Source of the DNA: an uncultured delta proteobacterium
GTDB lineage: Bacteria > Desulfobacterota > Binatia > Binatales > Binataceae
Length of the DNA stretch: 64,000 nucleotides
NCBI GenBank assembly: GCA_963724765.1
Contig: CAVRVY010000004.1
Location: 32,001-96,000, forward strand
Direction: 5' to 3'
This document shows positions 29,822-38,774 of this stretch, piece after piece (position 1 is the stretch's first letter; every line of letters begins with the position of its first letter). A program made the position numbers and the translations under genes. Under the pieces are notes generated by a model. That model ran no database searches. It was not told the DNA's origin and saw only the letters and a program-made list of their open reading frames with translations.

Positions 29822-30624
29822 CGACCCGTACCTCTGAATCCATTCTGCGCTATCGACCGCTCGCCGGGGGAGATGTAATTGGTCACCCAGTTACGTATTT
29901 CACTTTCCCTCTCCGGCAGCTCCGGGCACGCGATCCGAATTGTGACGGACGCGACAAGCCGGAAGCTAAGACGTGATCCTGCCAGACCGGGAGTGAAGGA
30001 AATCTGGCGAGGCAAGGTGTGCGCGCGGGCAGAGGATGGATTAAGGCAACATGGCCGTAGCGCAAGCCCTTTTACTCCTGGCGGGCGATTGCGCGCCGGG
30101 AGCGTGACATTTCGGGGTCTGAGTTACCTAGTTGCTACCTATTCCCGTCCGCCTGCCGCAAAGGGAGCAGCAATCAAGGGCTTTTAGGTAGTAGGTAGGA
30201 AGACAACGAATCAGCGATGCGCGTCTGGGGAGACGCACGATCCGCAGCAAGTATCCTTCCCCCGGTTTTCACACAGCAGGGAATAGGGGGTCCTGCCTCG
30301 TCTGGCTGGTGGTTGTCGATGGGATGTGTCATCGGCGGGATTTTAGAATTGTTTGTCGAACTGTGCCTCCATCGTCTCCAACGTCTCCGTCGTCGGTATC
30401 TCGGCAAAGATGGGCTTCGGTTCGATGGGGCCCCAGCCTAGAGATCCCTTGGGGCCGGGGGTCCCCCCGACCCGCCGAAAAGAATTCCCGCACCTGCGTC
30501 GTGTCTGCGGGACGAGACGCGCAAAATTTCCTATCGCGCGACGAAAACTCAATGGGGCCCCAGTATGGGGGACACCTAAATCCGGGCCCCGTGAGCATCA
30601 AGGGAGCATCTGCAATTGAGTCCA

Positions 30625-30684
30625 GATTCTAAAGTCGTGGCTCCTTCGGAGGGCGAGATTCCAAAACCGTGGCTCCTTCGGAGG
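30625..30684. repeat. Two-copy direct repeat, 32-bp period
   Basis: GATTCTAAAGTCGTGGCTCCTTCGGAGG and GATTCCAAAACCGTGGCTCCTTCGGAGG. Confidence 0.7.
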
Positions 30685-30758
30685 TGAAGTTACGAATTGG
30701 CGAGTAGGTCCTGTCTGTAGGGCCGGCGCGAACTCGCCCTCCTAAAAGGTGCGGATTT

Positions 30759-30865
30759 CATCGTCACCATCGTCACTCGTTGTGATTTGCGCCTGGTTTT
30801 CGCGGATTTCATTGGGATTTTTCGGTGACGATGAACGCGCACCTCCATCGTCACTCCATCGTCAC
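30759..30865. repeat. Iteron/ori-like CATCGTCAC cluster
   Basis: Direct copies at 30759, 30768, 30846, 30857; inverted copy at 30825. Confidence 0.7.
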
Positions 30866-31070
30866 CTCCCCATTGGATCCCGCTCTTGCGGCCCGATTCC
30901 GGGAGGGTGGATCAGTTGAGGCTCGCGCCACCGATCGAAGTCGACTCCACAGATACAAAGTGAGGAATGGGATAGGGGGTCCCATGTCGGGGGTAGGAGC
31001 GATTTTGGGTGCTGCCCTAATTCGAGGATGAGCGTGTTCCTAGTTTGAAAGGTGGGATGACCTAATTTCC

Positions 31071-31289
31071 CTATTTCCGACCCCCAAGCTCGCGCGCAAT
31101 CCGTTCGATAGCGTCGTCGCATACTTTGAGGCGCTCTTGCGGCGTCATCTCAGTCGGGAGAGCCCCGAGCTTGGCAATCGTCGATACCGCGCCCCTCAGA
31201 GCATCGACCAGTTGCCCGACATCACGCCTGGTGGACGCGCGTGAGGCAATCTCGTCGAGTTTCTCGGTAATTTTCTCGATGGTAGTCAA
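31071..31289 (-). CDS. Small hypothetical phage-like protein
   Basis: Amphipathic helical ORF. Confidence 0.45.
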   Translation of the reverse strand: MTTIEKITEKLDEIASRASTRRDVGQLVDALRGAVSTIAKLGALPTEMTPQERLKVCDDAIERIARELGGRK

Positions 31290-31292
31290 GTC

Positions 31293-31544
31293 TCACAGCG
31301 ACGCGGCCCAGATTACTAGGCGCGCAAGGCCATAATAGAAACTCGCGCTGAACAGCAACATCCCGGTCCACACACCAACCTTCTGCAAAACCGCCGTCAA
31401 TTTTGCGGTATCGGAGTACTCGCAAACAGTAAGATGAGCCAGTACCAGGTGGCCGGGTTCTCCAGACATCGCCTCTTGTCGGAGGTTCACTTCATATGCT
31501 GCCGGCTGCTGCCGGATTTCTTGCGTCCTGGCCAATTCCTGCAT
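31293..31544 (-). CDS. Small hypothetical membrane protein
   Basis: ATG start, GAGGG upstream, hydrophobic C-terminus. Confidence 0.4.
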   Translation of the reverse strand: MQELARTQEIRQQPAAYEVNLRQEAMSGEPGHLVLAHLTVCEYSDTAKLTAVLQKVGVWTGMLLFSASFYYGLARLVIWAASL

Positions 31545-32276
31545 ATTTACAAAGCCCTCGGATTAAAACACTGATCCCCACTTACCACCTACACCACCAA
31601 CGCGTGACAGAGCAGGATTGATGCCCGGGAGTTTTTCTAGCGCGATTCGCAATATTATCTTTGGATTCCTTATGGTTCTCGCCCACTCTCCTCTACATTG
31701 AGTTGCGCTTCTGCAACGCTCACCCGTACGCGAGCAACGAAAGCGCCAAAGCGCGACGGCGGAATTGCCGGCGGGTGGCCCGGACGGCCAGGGCGGTCTA
31801 CGAAACAGACCTTGCCACTCAGCCGCTTCGATTCAACTACCTTGTTTGATTCTTTCGGCAAGCCATTCGAGCGCGTCCCTGCGCATAGCCTGCGGATCGG
31901 TGAGGCCGTTGTCGGATAACTCCTCTAGGCCGATAACGTCAGGCTCGCTCCTTCGGTAATCGGCGAGCTATTGTCCTTTGCGGCGAGCGCGCACGTAGCC
32001 TTTGTGCCAGTCGCTCTAGATGTATTCTTCATCTTCGAGCATTCTTTCCGCCTCGATATCATTTAGTTGAGGCTTCATCCGCGTCTCTCCGCTTTTGGTT
32101 TCTCCGCGGCCGGATTCAACTCTGGCCCAGCGCCCACCGAAGGGCAGAAGCACTTCAGCCATCAACTGACAAGGGCGAGTGCGGCGTGATGGAACCTCGC
32201 GGCTGGAAAGCGTAGGGCCGCGAACCTGCGGGCGTCGAGGCGCATTGCTAGGCTGCGATCCCGTGGTCCACGATGA

Positions 32277-32364
32277 AGGCCGGTCTAGGAATCGAACCTA
32301 GCGGCAACTGCAGCTGCCCAACGGTTTTGCAGACCGCGGAGAACGCCAGTTCTCTGTACCGGCC
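32277..32364 (-). tRNA. Non-canonical tRNA-Cys(GCA) with Sec-like D-arm and long variable arm
   Basis: GGCCGGT/ACCGGCC acceptor, U73, D-stem GAGAAC-TGGC-GTTCTC, GCGGT-CTGCAAA-ACCGT, V-arm GGCAGC-TGCA-GTTGCC, CTAGG-TTCGATT-CCTAG; followed by TCA rather than CCA. Confidence 0.82.
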
Positions 32365-32405
32365 CAGCCGACCAGGAGGAGTGCAGCGGCGTGGCGGGGC
32401 TTCAC
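32364..32405 (-). pseudogene. 5' module of the GWYL/DDPRLK family fused to the tRNA
   Basis: GTG AAG CCC CGC CAC GCC GCT GCA CTC CTC CTG GTC GGC TGG = MKPRHAAALLLVGW. Confidence 0.8.
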
Positions 32406-32477
32406 ATTCTGCCATCTACCAGAGACGACCAGAAATTCGTCGGACGGCATCGGGGCCCCTAAGAGCGTTTGCGGGCG

Positions 32478-32666
32478 TCAGAGCCGCCAGAGAGCGTTGA
32501 CGATCAAGATGGCGATGAGGATGAAGGGCGCGATGATAAAGCCGAATATGTTAGCTCCTTCTTTGTCCTTATCCTTAGAAAAGAGGCTAAAGAGGGCGCC
32601 TGTGATGATGGCCGTCGCGTACAGCGCGATGGCACTACTAACCAGCCATATCGCAGCGTGAACCAT
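32478..32666 (-). CDS. Small two-TM membrane protein
   Basis: AGGAAGGA RBS, two hydrophobic helices. Confidence 0.6.
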   Translation of the reverse strand: MVHAAIWLVSSAIALYATAIITGALFSLFSKDKDKEGANIFGFIIAPFILIAILIVNALWRL

Positions 32667-33231
32667 AATCCTTCCTTTGGCTAAGGTTATCTGGCGCGAC
32701 TCACCCTCTCGATTGATGAGATATATTGCTTTTGGCCATTTTATAACATCAATATCTATATATGGCCAGTAATGACGCTATTTTAGACTTTTTGACTGTT
32801 CTACGCAAGTGAATACTCGCGCTACCGCCGAGTAGTTGCACTTTCTCAAGCGCCCTCAAACATCCGGTCGCGAGATCGACGGGAATGGGCCCCAATAATT
32901 TCCCGGCTAATCAGCGGGGAGATTCGGGCGCGCTGTCAGGGTCTGCAGCGTCTTGGCGGTCGAGGGGCCTAAAAGGCGTTAGGGCCGCCAAATTCGGTTG
33001 ACATGGGCACGCAGGGCGCGTCGGGAGCGACGATCTAAAAGTGGAGTCTCTCCTAACTTTGGCGTGAATTTTCGGAGGAGGGCGATCTTGTCTTCATCCT
33101 GAAGGGGTGTCCCAATGCCGATCGCAAACATGCGCGGCGACGTGGCGAAGCTTCATGGAACAGCGATTCTACTCAGAGCGGTGCCGGCGATCGATCACCT
33201 TCAGCTAAAGTGATCGTTTCACTCAGAGTCT

Positions 33232-33495
33232 TTACGTGTCTGTGCTTTCGGCACGGGTTGCTTGGTCAACAGCCTTCCGCACTTCCTGCAATCGCCCGCC
33301 AGAGTTCCGGGCGCCAAAAACCCTTGGCCCATCCCAGCGGGATTCCTGTGCGATCTCTGCGGAATCCATGCACCGCCAGTGGCCGTCTCCCAAAGTCCAA
33401 CGGCGCATGGTCCGATCGATTCCGGAACCCCAATTGTCTAGAACGATGCGGACCTTGTTTCCCTCGCTCGTTTGCAGTTCGACAATTCGTTTCAT
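33232..33495 (-). CDS. Hypothetical phage-like protein
   Basis: GAGGG RBS and AT-rich promoter region upstream. Confidence 0.5.
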   Translation of the reverse strand: MKRIVELQTSEGNKVRIVLDNWGSGIDRTMRRWTLGDGHWRCMDSAEIAQESRWDGPRVFGARNSGGRLQEVRKAVDQATRAESTDT

Positions 33496-33633
33496 GGACT
33501 TTATCCCTCTATATCATTCAGTAGCAGCTAGAATTAATATATGTTTACTTTAACAAATAAATAAGCGTCTATACTAGCCTCAATGAAGGATAGGCCACGA
33601 TTCTAGAGCGCGGAACCAATCATCAGGGCACCT

Positions 33634-33825
33634 TTACGCGCTGGTTAGAGCGGAATCGATGCCACTGGCGAGCGAACCGATGTTGTTGCCCAACTTACGG
33701 TAGGCGCTGTAGACCACGACCGCGATCGCCGCCATGATGAGCGCATACTCGGTCATCGTCTGGCCACGCAGCTTGCGAACCACGGACTCACGAGCACGGA
33801 TGAACATCTTCGTCACTGAATCCAT
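33634..33825 (-). CDS. flp: Flp family type IVb pilin (second copy)
   Basis: RGQTMTEYALI motif, AGGAG RBS. Confidence 0.92.
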   Translation of the reverse strand: MDSVTKMFIRARESVVRKLRGQTMTEYALIMAAIAVVVYSAYRKLGNNIGSLASGIDSALTSA

Positions 33826-35156
33826 TTTTCTATCTCCTGGTTGTAAGTTGGCTCCTAGAACACCATCAAAGATACATACATTACTTTATTTTGTCTAGAA
33901 TGTGTTTAGTTTTGCTTTGATATTTGAATTTAGGCAATATTCGCCTCCCGACGCGACGCTGTGCCATTTCTGCATGGTGGGAAAGAAAACGGGGCGAGCC
34001 CGGCCAAGGGTCCGCCCCGCGGTATCGAGTCTCGACTGCGAGGTCATGCCGCAGCCTTGCGCTCGTCGGCCGGCTCGATGGCCTGCAGAATTTCGTGCTG
34101 CACCTCGCCCAACTCGCTGATCCTCCGCCAACAATTGTTTAACTGTCTTCTCGGCGACCGTGCGGGCATGGCCGGCGTCCTCAAAGTCGAATAGACCGGC
34201 CTCGACTTCGGCTGAGAGCTTGTCGGCGCGTTCGGCTATTTGCTTTGGTATACACAAGAGCAAGGGCATAGTGCCCATGCTCCAGTCTTTGTGGAGTGCC
34301 GTTGCACGGCGCATGAGTGTCTGGTTGTTCGCGGCCCACGCGGTAACGGCCTCGGCCACCCCCTGGGCTATCTCCCGGCCGCGGCGGGCTCTGTAGGTCT
34401 TACTGGGCCTCCAGCTTCCGTTAGCGGCGCGCGTGAAGCGCCAGCCCCTCCGTTATTTAAGTCTTCCTAAAAGCCGAAAACCTTGAGCGGGTTCTCGGCT
34501 TCACGGCAATCGATTTACCAATCTTGGTCAGATAGCGTCGCGTCTCGAACGTCCGAACGCCACGTGCGTCAAGAAATATCTAGGACGGTGACTCTATGAA
34601 TGAAGATTTCGTGGTCGCACTACTTACGATAACTTTTTTGCTCATTATTATTGCGGGAGAGTTGAGTGTCATCAGCTCTCGCGCAGCTGAATGCCTTAGC
34701 GTGCTGGAACAAATACGTAACAAAATCATCAGCGATTGATCCGATTCTCAGTTGAGGATCGCGGACTGTGGCTGCGTCGGCTCGACGATGACACCCTCAA
34801 GTGTCGCGATGGCGGCGCGGCGCGCGGGTTTCCGCGCACGCACTACCAACGGCGGTCGTACGCTTCAGAAAGTGACATCATTTGAACGTCAATGATTAGT
34901 AGACCCGCTTTCTCAGTCGGCGCGATGGTTGTAGTCGAATAGCCGGCCGTTTTGACCGCGCCCCAACGTTTCATACATGCTCATTCGTAGCTGGAATCTC
35001 ACCAGTCGCGGGCCGGAGCCGCCATCTTCCGGGGGGCGCGCCCATCGCGTCCCGGCCCAAGAGCCGGACTCGTCGTGCTTCCGCGGCGATAGGTCGGAGG
35101 CAGTAACGCATCCCAACCGGCACCATCAGGGTTGGCGCCAAGGGAGTGTACTGCCC

Positions 35157-35399
35157 ATGGACGACCGGCGTCCGCTCGATCCTCATTCCGCCCCCAGTCG
35201 AGATCTTCGTCAGGCTGAAGTCCTCGCGCTCCTGCGTGTATCGCGAGCGACTTTCTGACGATTAACCCAACGATTTCCTGAGTTGAGACCTACCCGCTTA
35301 ACCCGGCGCGTCCCACTTTGGGATGCCCTTGTAATTGGCCGCTTTCTCGACAAACGACGACCTTCCGACGATACGGTACGCGTAAATGAACGCGCGTGA
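35157..35399 (+). pseudogene. AlpA/excisionase-like HTH with in-frame TGA
   Basis: LRQAEVLALLRVSRATF*RL...FPELRP...LW. Confidence 0.65.
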
Positions 35400-36192
35400 T
35401 CGTCTCCTCGACTGGTTGCTGCTTAAAAACGGCAGCCAGTATATCACCATCTTCCGATATTGGCCCGAACTCGGCTCGGCCCTCATAGATATCTGGTCTG
35501 GTTGTTGGGATTGCCTACAATGAGGCTTCTCTTGGCCGACCTCGACGCCGCAACGATGGATATGCGAGATCTCGCCGCGGATGTGGATTTTTCTGATCCC
35601 AGTCAGGACGAACTATTTATCACAGCAGACGCCTCGCTCTACTTGCAGATTACGCATTTTTTGCCTGATTCGATTTCGATTCCTTTCGAAGTCCAGCGGG
35701 CACTGTTTCTACAAGCCGTGGTGGCCCATGACGCGGGCGTGGTGGACCTGCTTCTAGGCGAACCTGCCGCCGATCTCGCATCGCGCTTCCTTCCGCCAGC
35801 GTTCGTGCACTTGTTTCCTACGCTACCGAGATCGGTCAGGACGGCGACTATCTGCATAGCGACAGAGGAACTGGGGGAAGCGAGCCTTTTTCGAGGCTCA
35901 GCGGCGCGGATGCGAACACATCGGGCGCCACGCTGCGGACCTCCTAGCGCTCCAGGCTGTGCTACGTGAGCGCGTGCTGGTAGATATGGCGCGCGCGGTC
36001 GCAGATGCGGACGGCATCGAGATCGGCGACCTGCTGGGCGCGCAAACCTATGAGGCGGCGGCCGAACTAGCCGGAGACCGGGACCTCGTCGACCTGACGG
36101 TCTATCCCGGAGCTGGACGAACCTTCTGCGAGCAGGGGCACAGGTTTAAGATGCTGGCGCCCGACCAAGCGCGGACGCTTCGGACTTGGTGA
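35386..36192 (+). pseudogene. Fragmented hypothetical gene
   Basis: Protein-like segments continue across three frames (35386, 35460, 35959). Confidence 0.35.
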
Positions 36193-36271
36193 GTTACAAA
36201 TCTTTGTAGATCGACGAGAAGCCGAAAGCCCGACTGGGCGTTCGGCTTTGAATGGAAAGAAGCGGGGAAGC

Positions 36272-36802
36272 TTAGAGTTTGACCGGCGGGCGTATCTTCT
36301 TCTCCTCGATCCGGCGCACCCAGCGGTTGCCACCCTCCTCACAGCCGAATTCGCGCACCAGCTCTCTTAGCTTGTCGTCGTTGCGCGCCAGCTCGCACCC
36401 TCGCGACAACGAGGCGCAAAGGTTCCAAAGAAGATTCATGCACTCTCTGCGGGCTTCCGCGCTCTCCTCAAATTCCGGCAGTTCGGATCTTAAATCGTCC
36501 ATGAGATCACATGCGGTATCGATCACCGTTTCAATACTGCCCGCCTCGACATTTTCCTGCTCCTGCAATTCGCCGATATTTCCCGACGCGCACTCGGGGC
36601 ATCGGCACCATTCGGCGAAATTTTCGGGGAGTTCGGATCTGTATCCCTGCGCGAGCAACATAAGCTCAGCCCGCCGCGCCGCGTCGAAAAGTCGATCCGC
36701 CAGAAAATAGGCTTGGCAATCGTGACACCGCCACGTTGAGAGCGTCCGCTTCGGGGCGTTGTCCGACTTTCCTACGGTGGTTGGTTTCGTTTTTTTTGCC
36801 AT
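36272..36802 (-). CDS. Hypothetical protein with CxxC...CxxC zinc finger
   Basis: AGGAGG RBS; CHDC and CPEC; downstream hairpin at 36219-36249. Confidence 0.65.
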   Translation of the reverse strand: MAKKTKPTTVGKSDNAPKRTLSTWRCHDCQAYFLADRLFDAARRAELMLLAQGYRSELPENFAEWCRCPECASGNIGELQEQENVEAGSIETVIDTACDLMDDLRSELPEFEESAEARRECMNLLWNLCASLSRGCELARNDDKLRELVREFGCEEGGNRWVRRIEEKKIRPPVKL

Positions 36803-36996
36803 TGCTGCTCGTTCCTCCTTTCCTTTAGCTCAGATTGGGGCCGCCGTGGCGACCTCGATAGACGAGCGCACCGAAGCTATCACGCCAACGGTCTGCATGT
36901 CCACAGGCAGACGGACGGCTTGTCAGAGCGCTAGAGAACCGGCTAGCTTGGGAGAACATTTACATTCTTTTGTAAATCGACGGGGGTGGGTAACGA

Positions 36997-37230
36997 ATGG
37001 CGGAAAAAGACAACAATGCCCTTGTTCGGCGCGCGATGTCAGTGCTGGGCCGTCGAAGCGCAGCGAAGCTCACGGCGGAGGAACTGACCGAGCGAGGCCG
37101 GAAAGCCGCGCAGTCTCTCTGGGCAAACATCGCCCCCGAGGAGCGCAGTGTCGAAATGAAGCGTCGAGCCAAGGTCCGCGAACGCAACAAAGCCAAGGTG
37201 CGCAAGACGGACATGCCGTCATCGCGATAG
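36997..37230 (+). CDS. Small basic protein related to the KGG-type passenger
   Basis: LGRRSAAKLTAEELTERGRKAAQSLW. Confidence 0.6.
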   Translation: MAEKDNNALVRRAMSVLGRRSAAKLTAEELTERGRKAAQSLWANIAPEERSVEMKRRAKVRERNKAKVRKTDMPSSR

Positions 37231-37273
37231 ATCGGGCTCGCCGCGTGGCTGGTCCTCGGTACCAGGAGGAGCG

Positions 37274-37543
37274 ATGAGGAAGCTTCAACTCAAACTGATT
37301 CTTTTGTTCCGCTCCGTTCCCAATGACGACATCGCCCTGCGGGGGCTCTTGGATAGATTCCATCTCATCGAGCGATTCACACCCTATGTGGCCGGTGGCC
37401 TAGCCGGCGCCCGAGGGCCACTCCGGAGCGACGAGGCAAGGGAGTGGCTGGAGAAGCGACGAAACGAGGCGATCGCTGAACTGACTTTGGCGGTCGCGAC
37501 AATCGCCATGCTGGCAGCGATAGTTGCCGCAGTGCGCATCTAG
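37274..37543 (+). CDS. Hypothetical protein with C-terminal TM helix
   Basis: AGGAGGAG RBS. Confidence 0.55.
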   Translation: MRKLQLKLILLFRSVPNDDIALRGLLDRFHLIERFTPYVAGGLAGARGPLRSDEAREWLEKRRNEAIAELTLAVATIAMLAAIVAAVRI

Positions 37544-38016
37544 GACAGAATCTGAGCGATGACGGAACCGCGGGAGATAGAGCGTTGGCCCCGCGGCTAC
37601 ACCGCGCGATGCTCAGCGCCCGGATGTCGGAGACCGCTGAAGAGGAATGGGCAGTGAAAGGCGTCTTGAAGATCGGCTAATGGATGCGTTGAAAATCCCC
37701 GAAGCTATCGGGCCAAGGAAACGCCACTCGGGTGCGCGATAGGCGTGGCGGCGATTATCGTGGGCGTCACCGCATACTTCTTTTTGGCTATGCGGCTGGC
37801 CGAGCGGATATGGAGTCTCCTGTGACGTTTCGTGGACACGGCACAGGTTGTAGAAGGCAACACAACGCCACGTCGGCGCTTAAGGCTGAGGACATCGGGA
37901 TACTCGCGATCCTCTGAGCAAAGGGAATACCCCGCGCCAGAGCCCGTTACGGGCGTTTACAGAGGCCGGAGCCAAAGCTCTGGTCTCTCGCTTTCTTGGC
38001 TGTTAGAAACAGACCG

Positions 38017-38313
38017 ATGAAGCCCCGCCACGCCGCCGCGCTCGCCCTGGTCGGCTGGTATCTGATGATGCCGCCAATTCCGCCCAAGGGCAGCACTCCG
38101 ATGGTCGGCGTTGACGCTCAGGCTCCGCTGTCCAAGTGGACCGTGTCCTCCGGGTTCGACACCGCTGCCGCCTGCCACGTGGCCCACGGTAAACTCCTCG
38201 ATGACGCCGCGAAGCTAGGGAACCCAAAAGAGCTGGAGGTCATACGAATTCAGGTAGCGATGGCTGATTCCCAGTGCATCGCGACCGACGATCCGCGCCT
38301 CAAGGAAAAATAG
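38017..38313 (+). CDS. Small secreted two-Cys protein, GWYL...CIATDDPRLK family (copy 3)
   Basis: MKPRHAAALALVGWYLMMPP...APLSKW...FDTAAAC...CIATDDPRLKEK. Confidence 0.8.
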   Translation: MKPRHAAALALVGWYLMMPPIPPKGSTPMVGVDAQAPLSKWTVSSGFDTAAACHVAHGKLLDDAAKLGNPKELEVIRIQVAMADSQCIATDDPRLKEK

Positions 38314-38578
38314 CGCGTCGCAGACGGCCTGAATGTTCGGGCCAAGATTGGTTTCACGAGGGATACGTCGCGGGAATAGCGTTGGGCGATTTTGCGGGCG
38401 TGGTCTTCACAAGAGAACCAACCACAGCGAAGTGAGAAGCACGAAGACGACGCCGCAAAAGCGAACATTGAGCGATGTTCAGTCGTGAGCGTGGCCCGAT
38501 CTATTACCTAGCTGTTACCTAACCGCCAAGCGCCGGTTTTCTAACTTTCAGGAAATCGTTTGTTCTCGCGCGGTTATT

Positions 38579-38654
38579 TGGTGGGCAGGGAGTGAATCGA
38601 ACACTCGACACGAAGATTTTCAGTCTTCTGCTCTACCGACTGAGCTACCTGCCC
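38579..38654 (-). tRNA. tRNA-Phe(GAA)
   Basis: Canonical 76-nt cloverleaf, CTGAAAA loop, encoded CCA. Confidence 0.97.
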
Positions 38655-38774
38655 ACCGGGACTTGCAGGCGTCAGGCCTTCGCGGCGGTCTTAATTCGTA
38701 TCTGTCCCGGGTTCCCCTTGCAACAGTCAGCAGGCTGCAAGGCTGTGCGCAGGACAGTAATGGGCGCGCCCGCG

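Larger units (their letters stand above)
25824..29894 (-). mobile_element. IS66-family element with three passenger genes (4071 bp)
   Basis: TIRs GTAAACGGGTGACCAA and TTGGTCACCCAGTTAC (14/16); perfect 8-bp TSD GTATTTCA at 25816-25823 and 29895-29902. Confidence 0.92.
25628..29976 (+). pseudogene. Small hypothetical gene split by the IS66 insertion
   Basis: ...GIGRLYF before 25824 rejoins in frame with TFPLRQLRARDPNCDGRDKPEAKT* after 29902. Confidence 0.7.
23940..38628. mobile_element. Decayed integrative element/prophage-like island at tRNA-Phe
   Basis: Direct att repeats, adjacent tyrosine integrase, lower GC, many small or broken ORFs, AlpA-like gene. Confidence 0.88.

Noticed and set aside
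32277-32364. Genuine tRNA-Sec (selC)
   Set aside because: Anticodon is GCA not TCA, the discriminator is U not G, and acceptor plus T stems total 12 bp rather than 13
6413-38313. DGR or integron explanation for the variable small-protein family
   Set aside because: No reverse transcriptase, template repeat, IntI or attC-like sites are visible in this window
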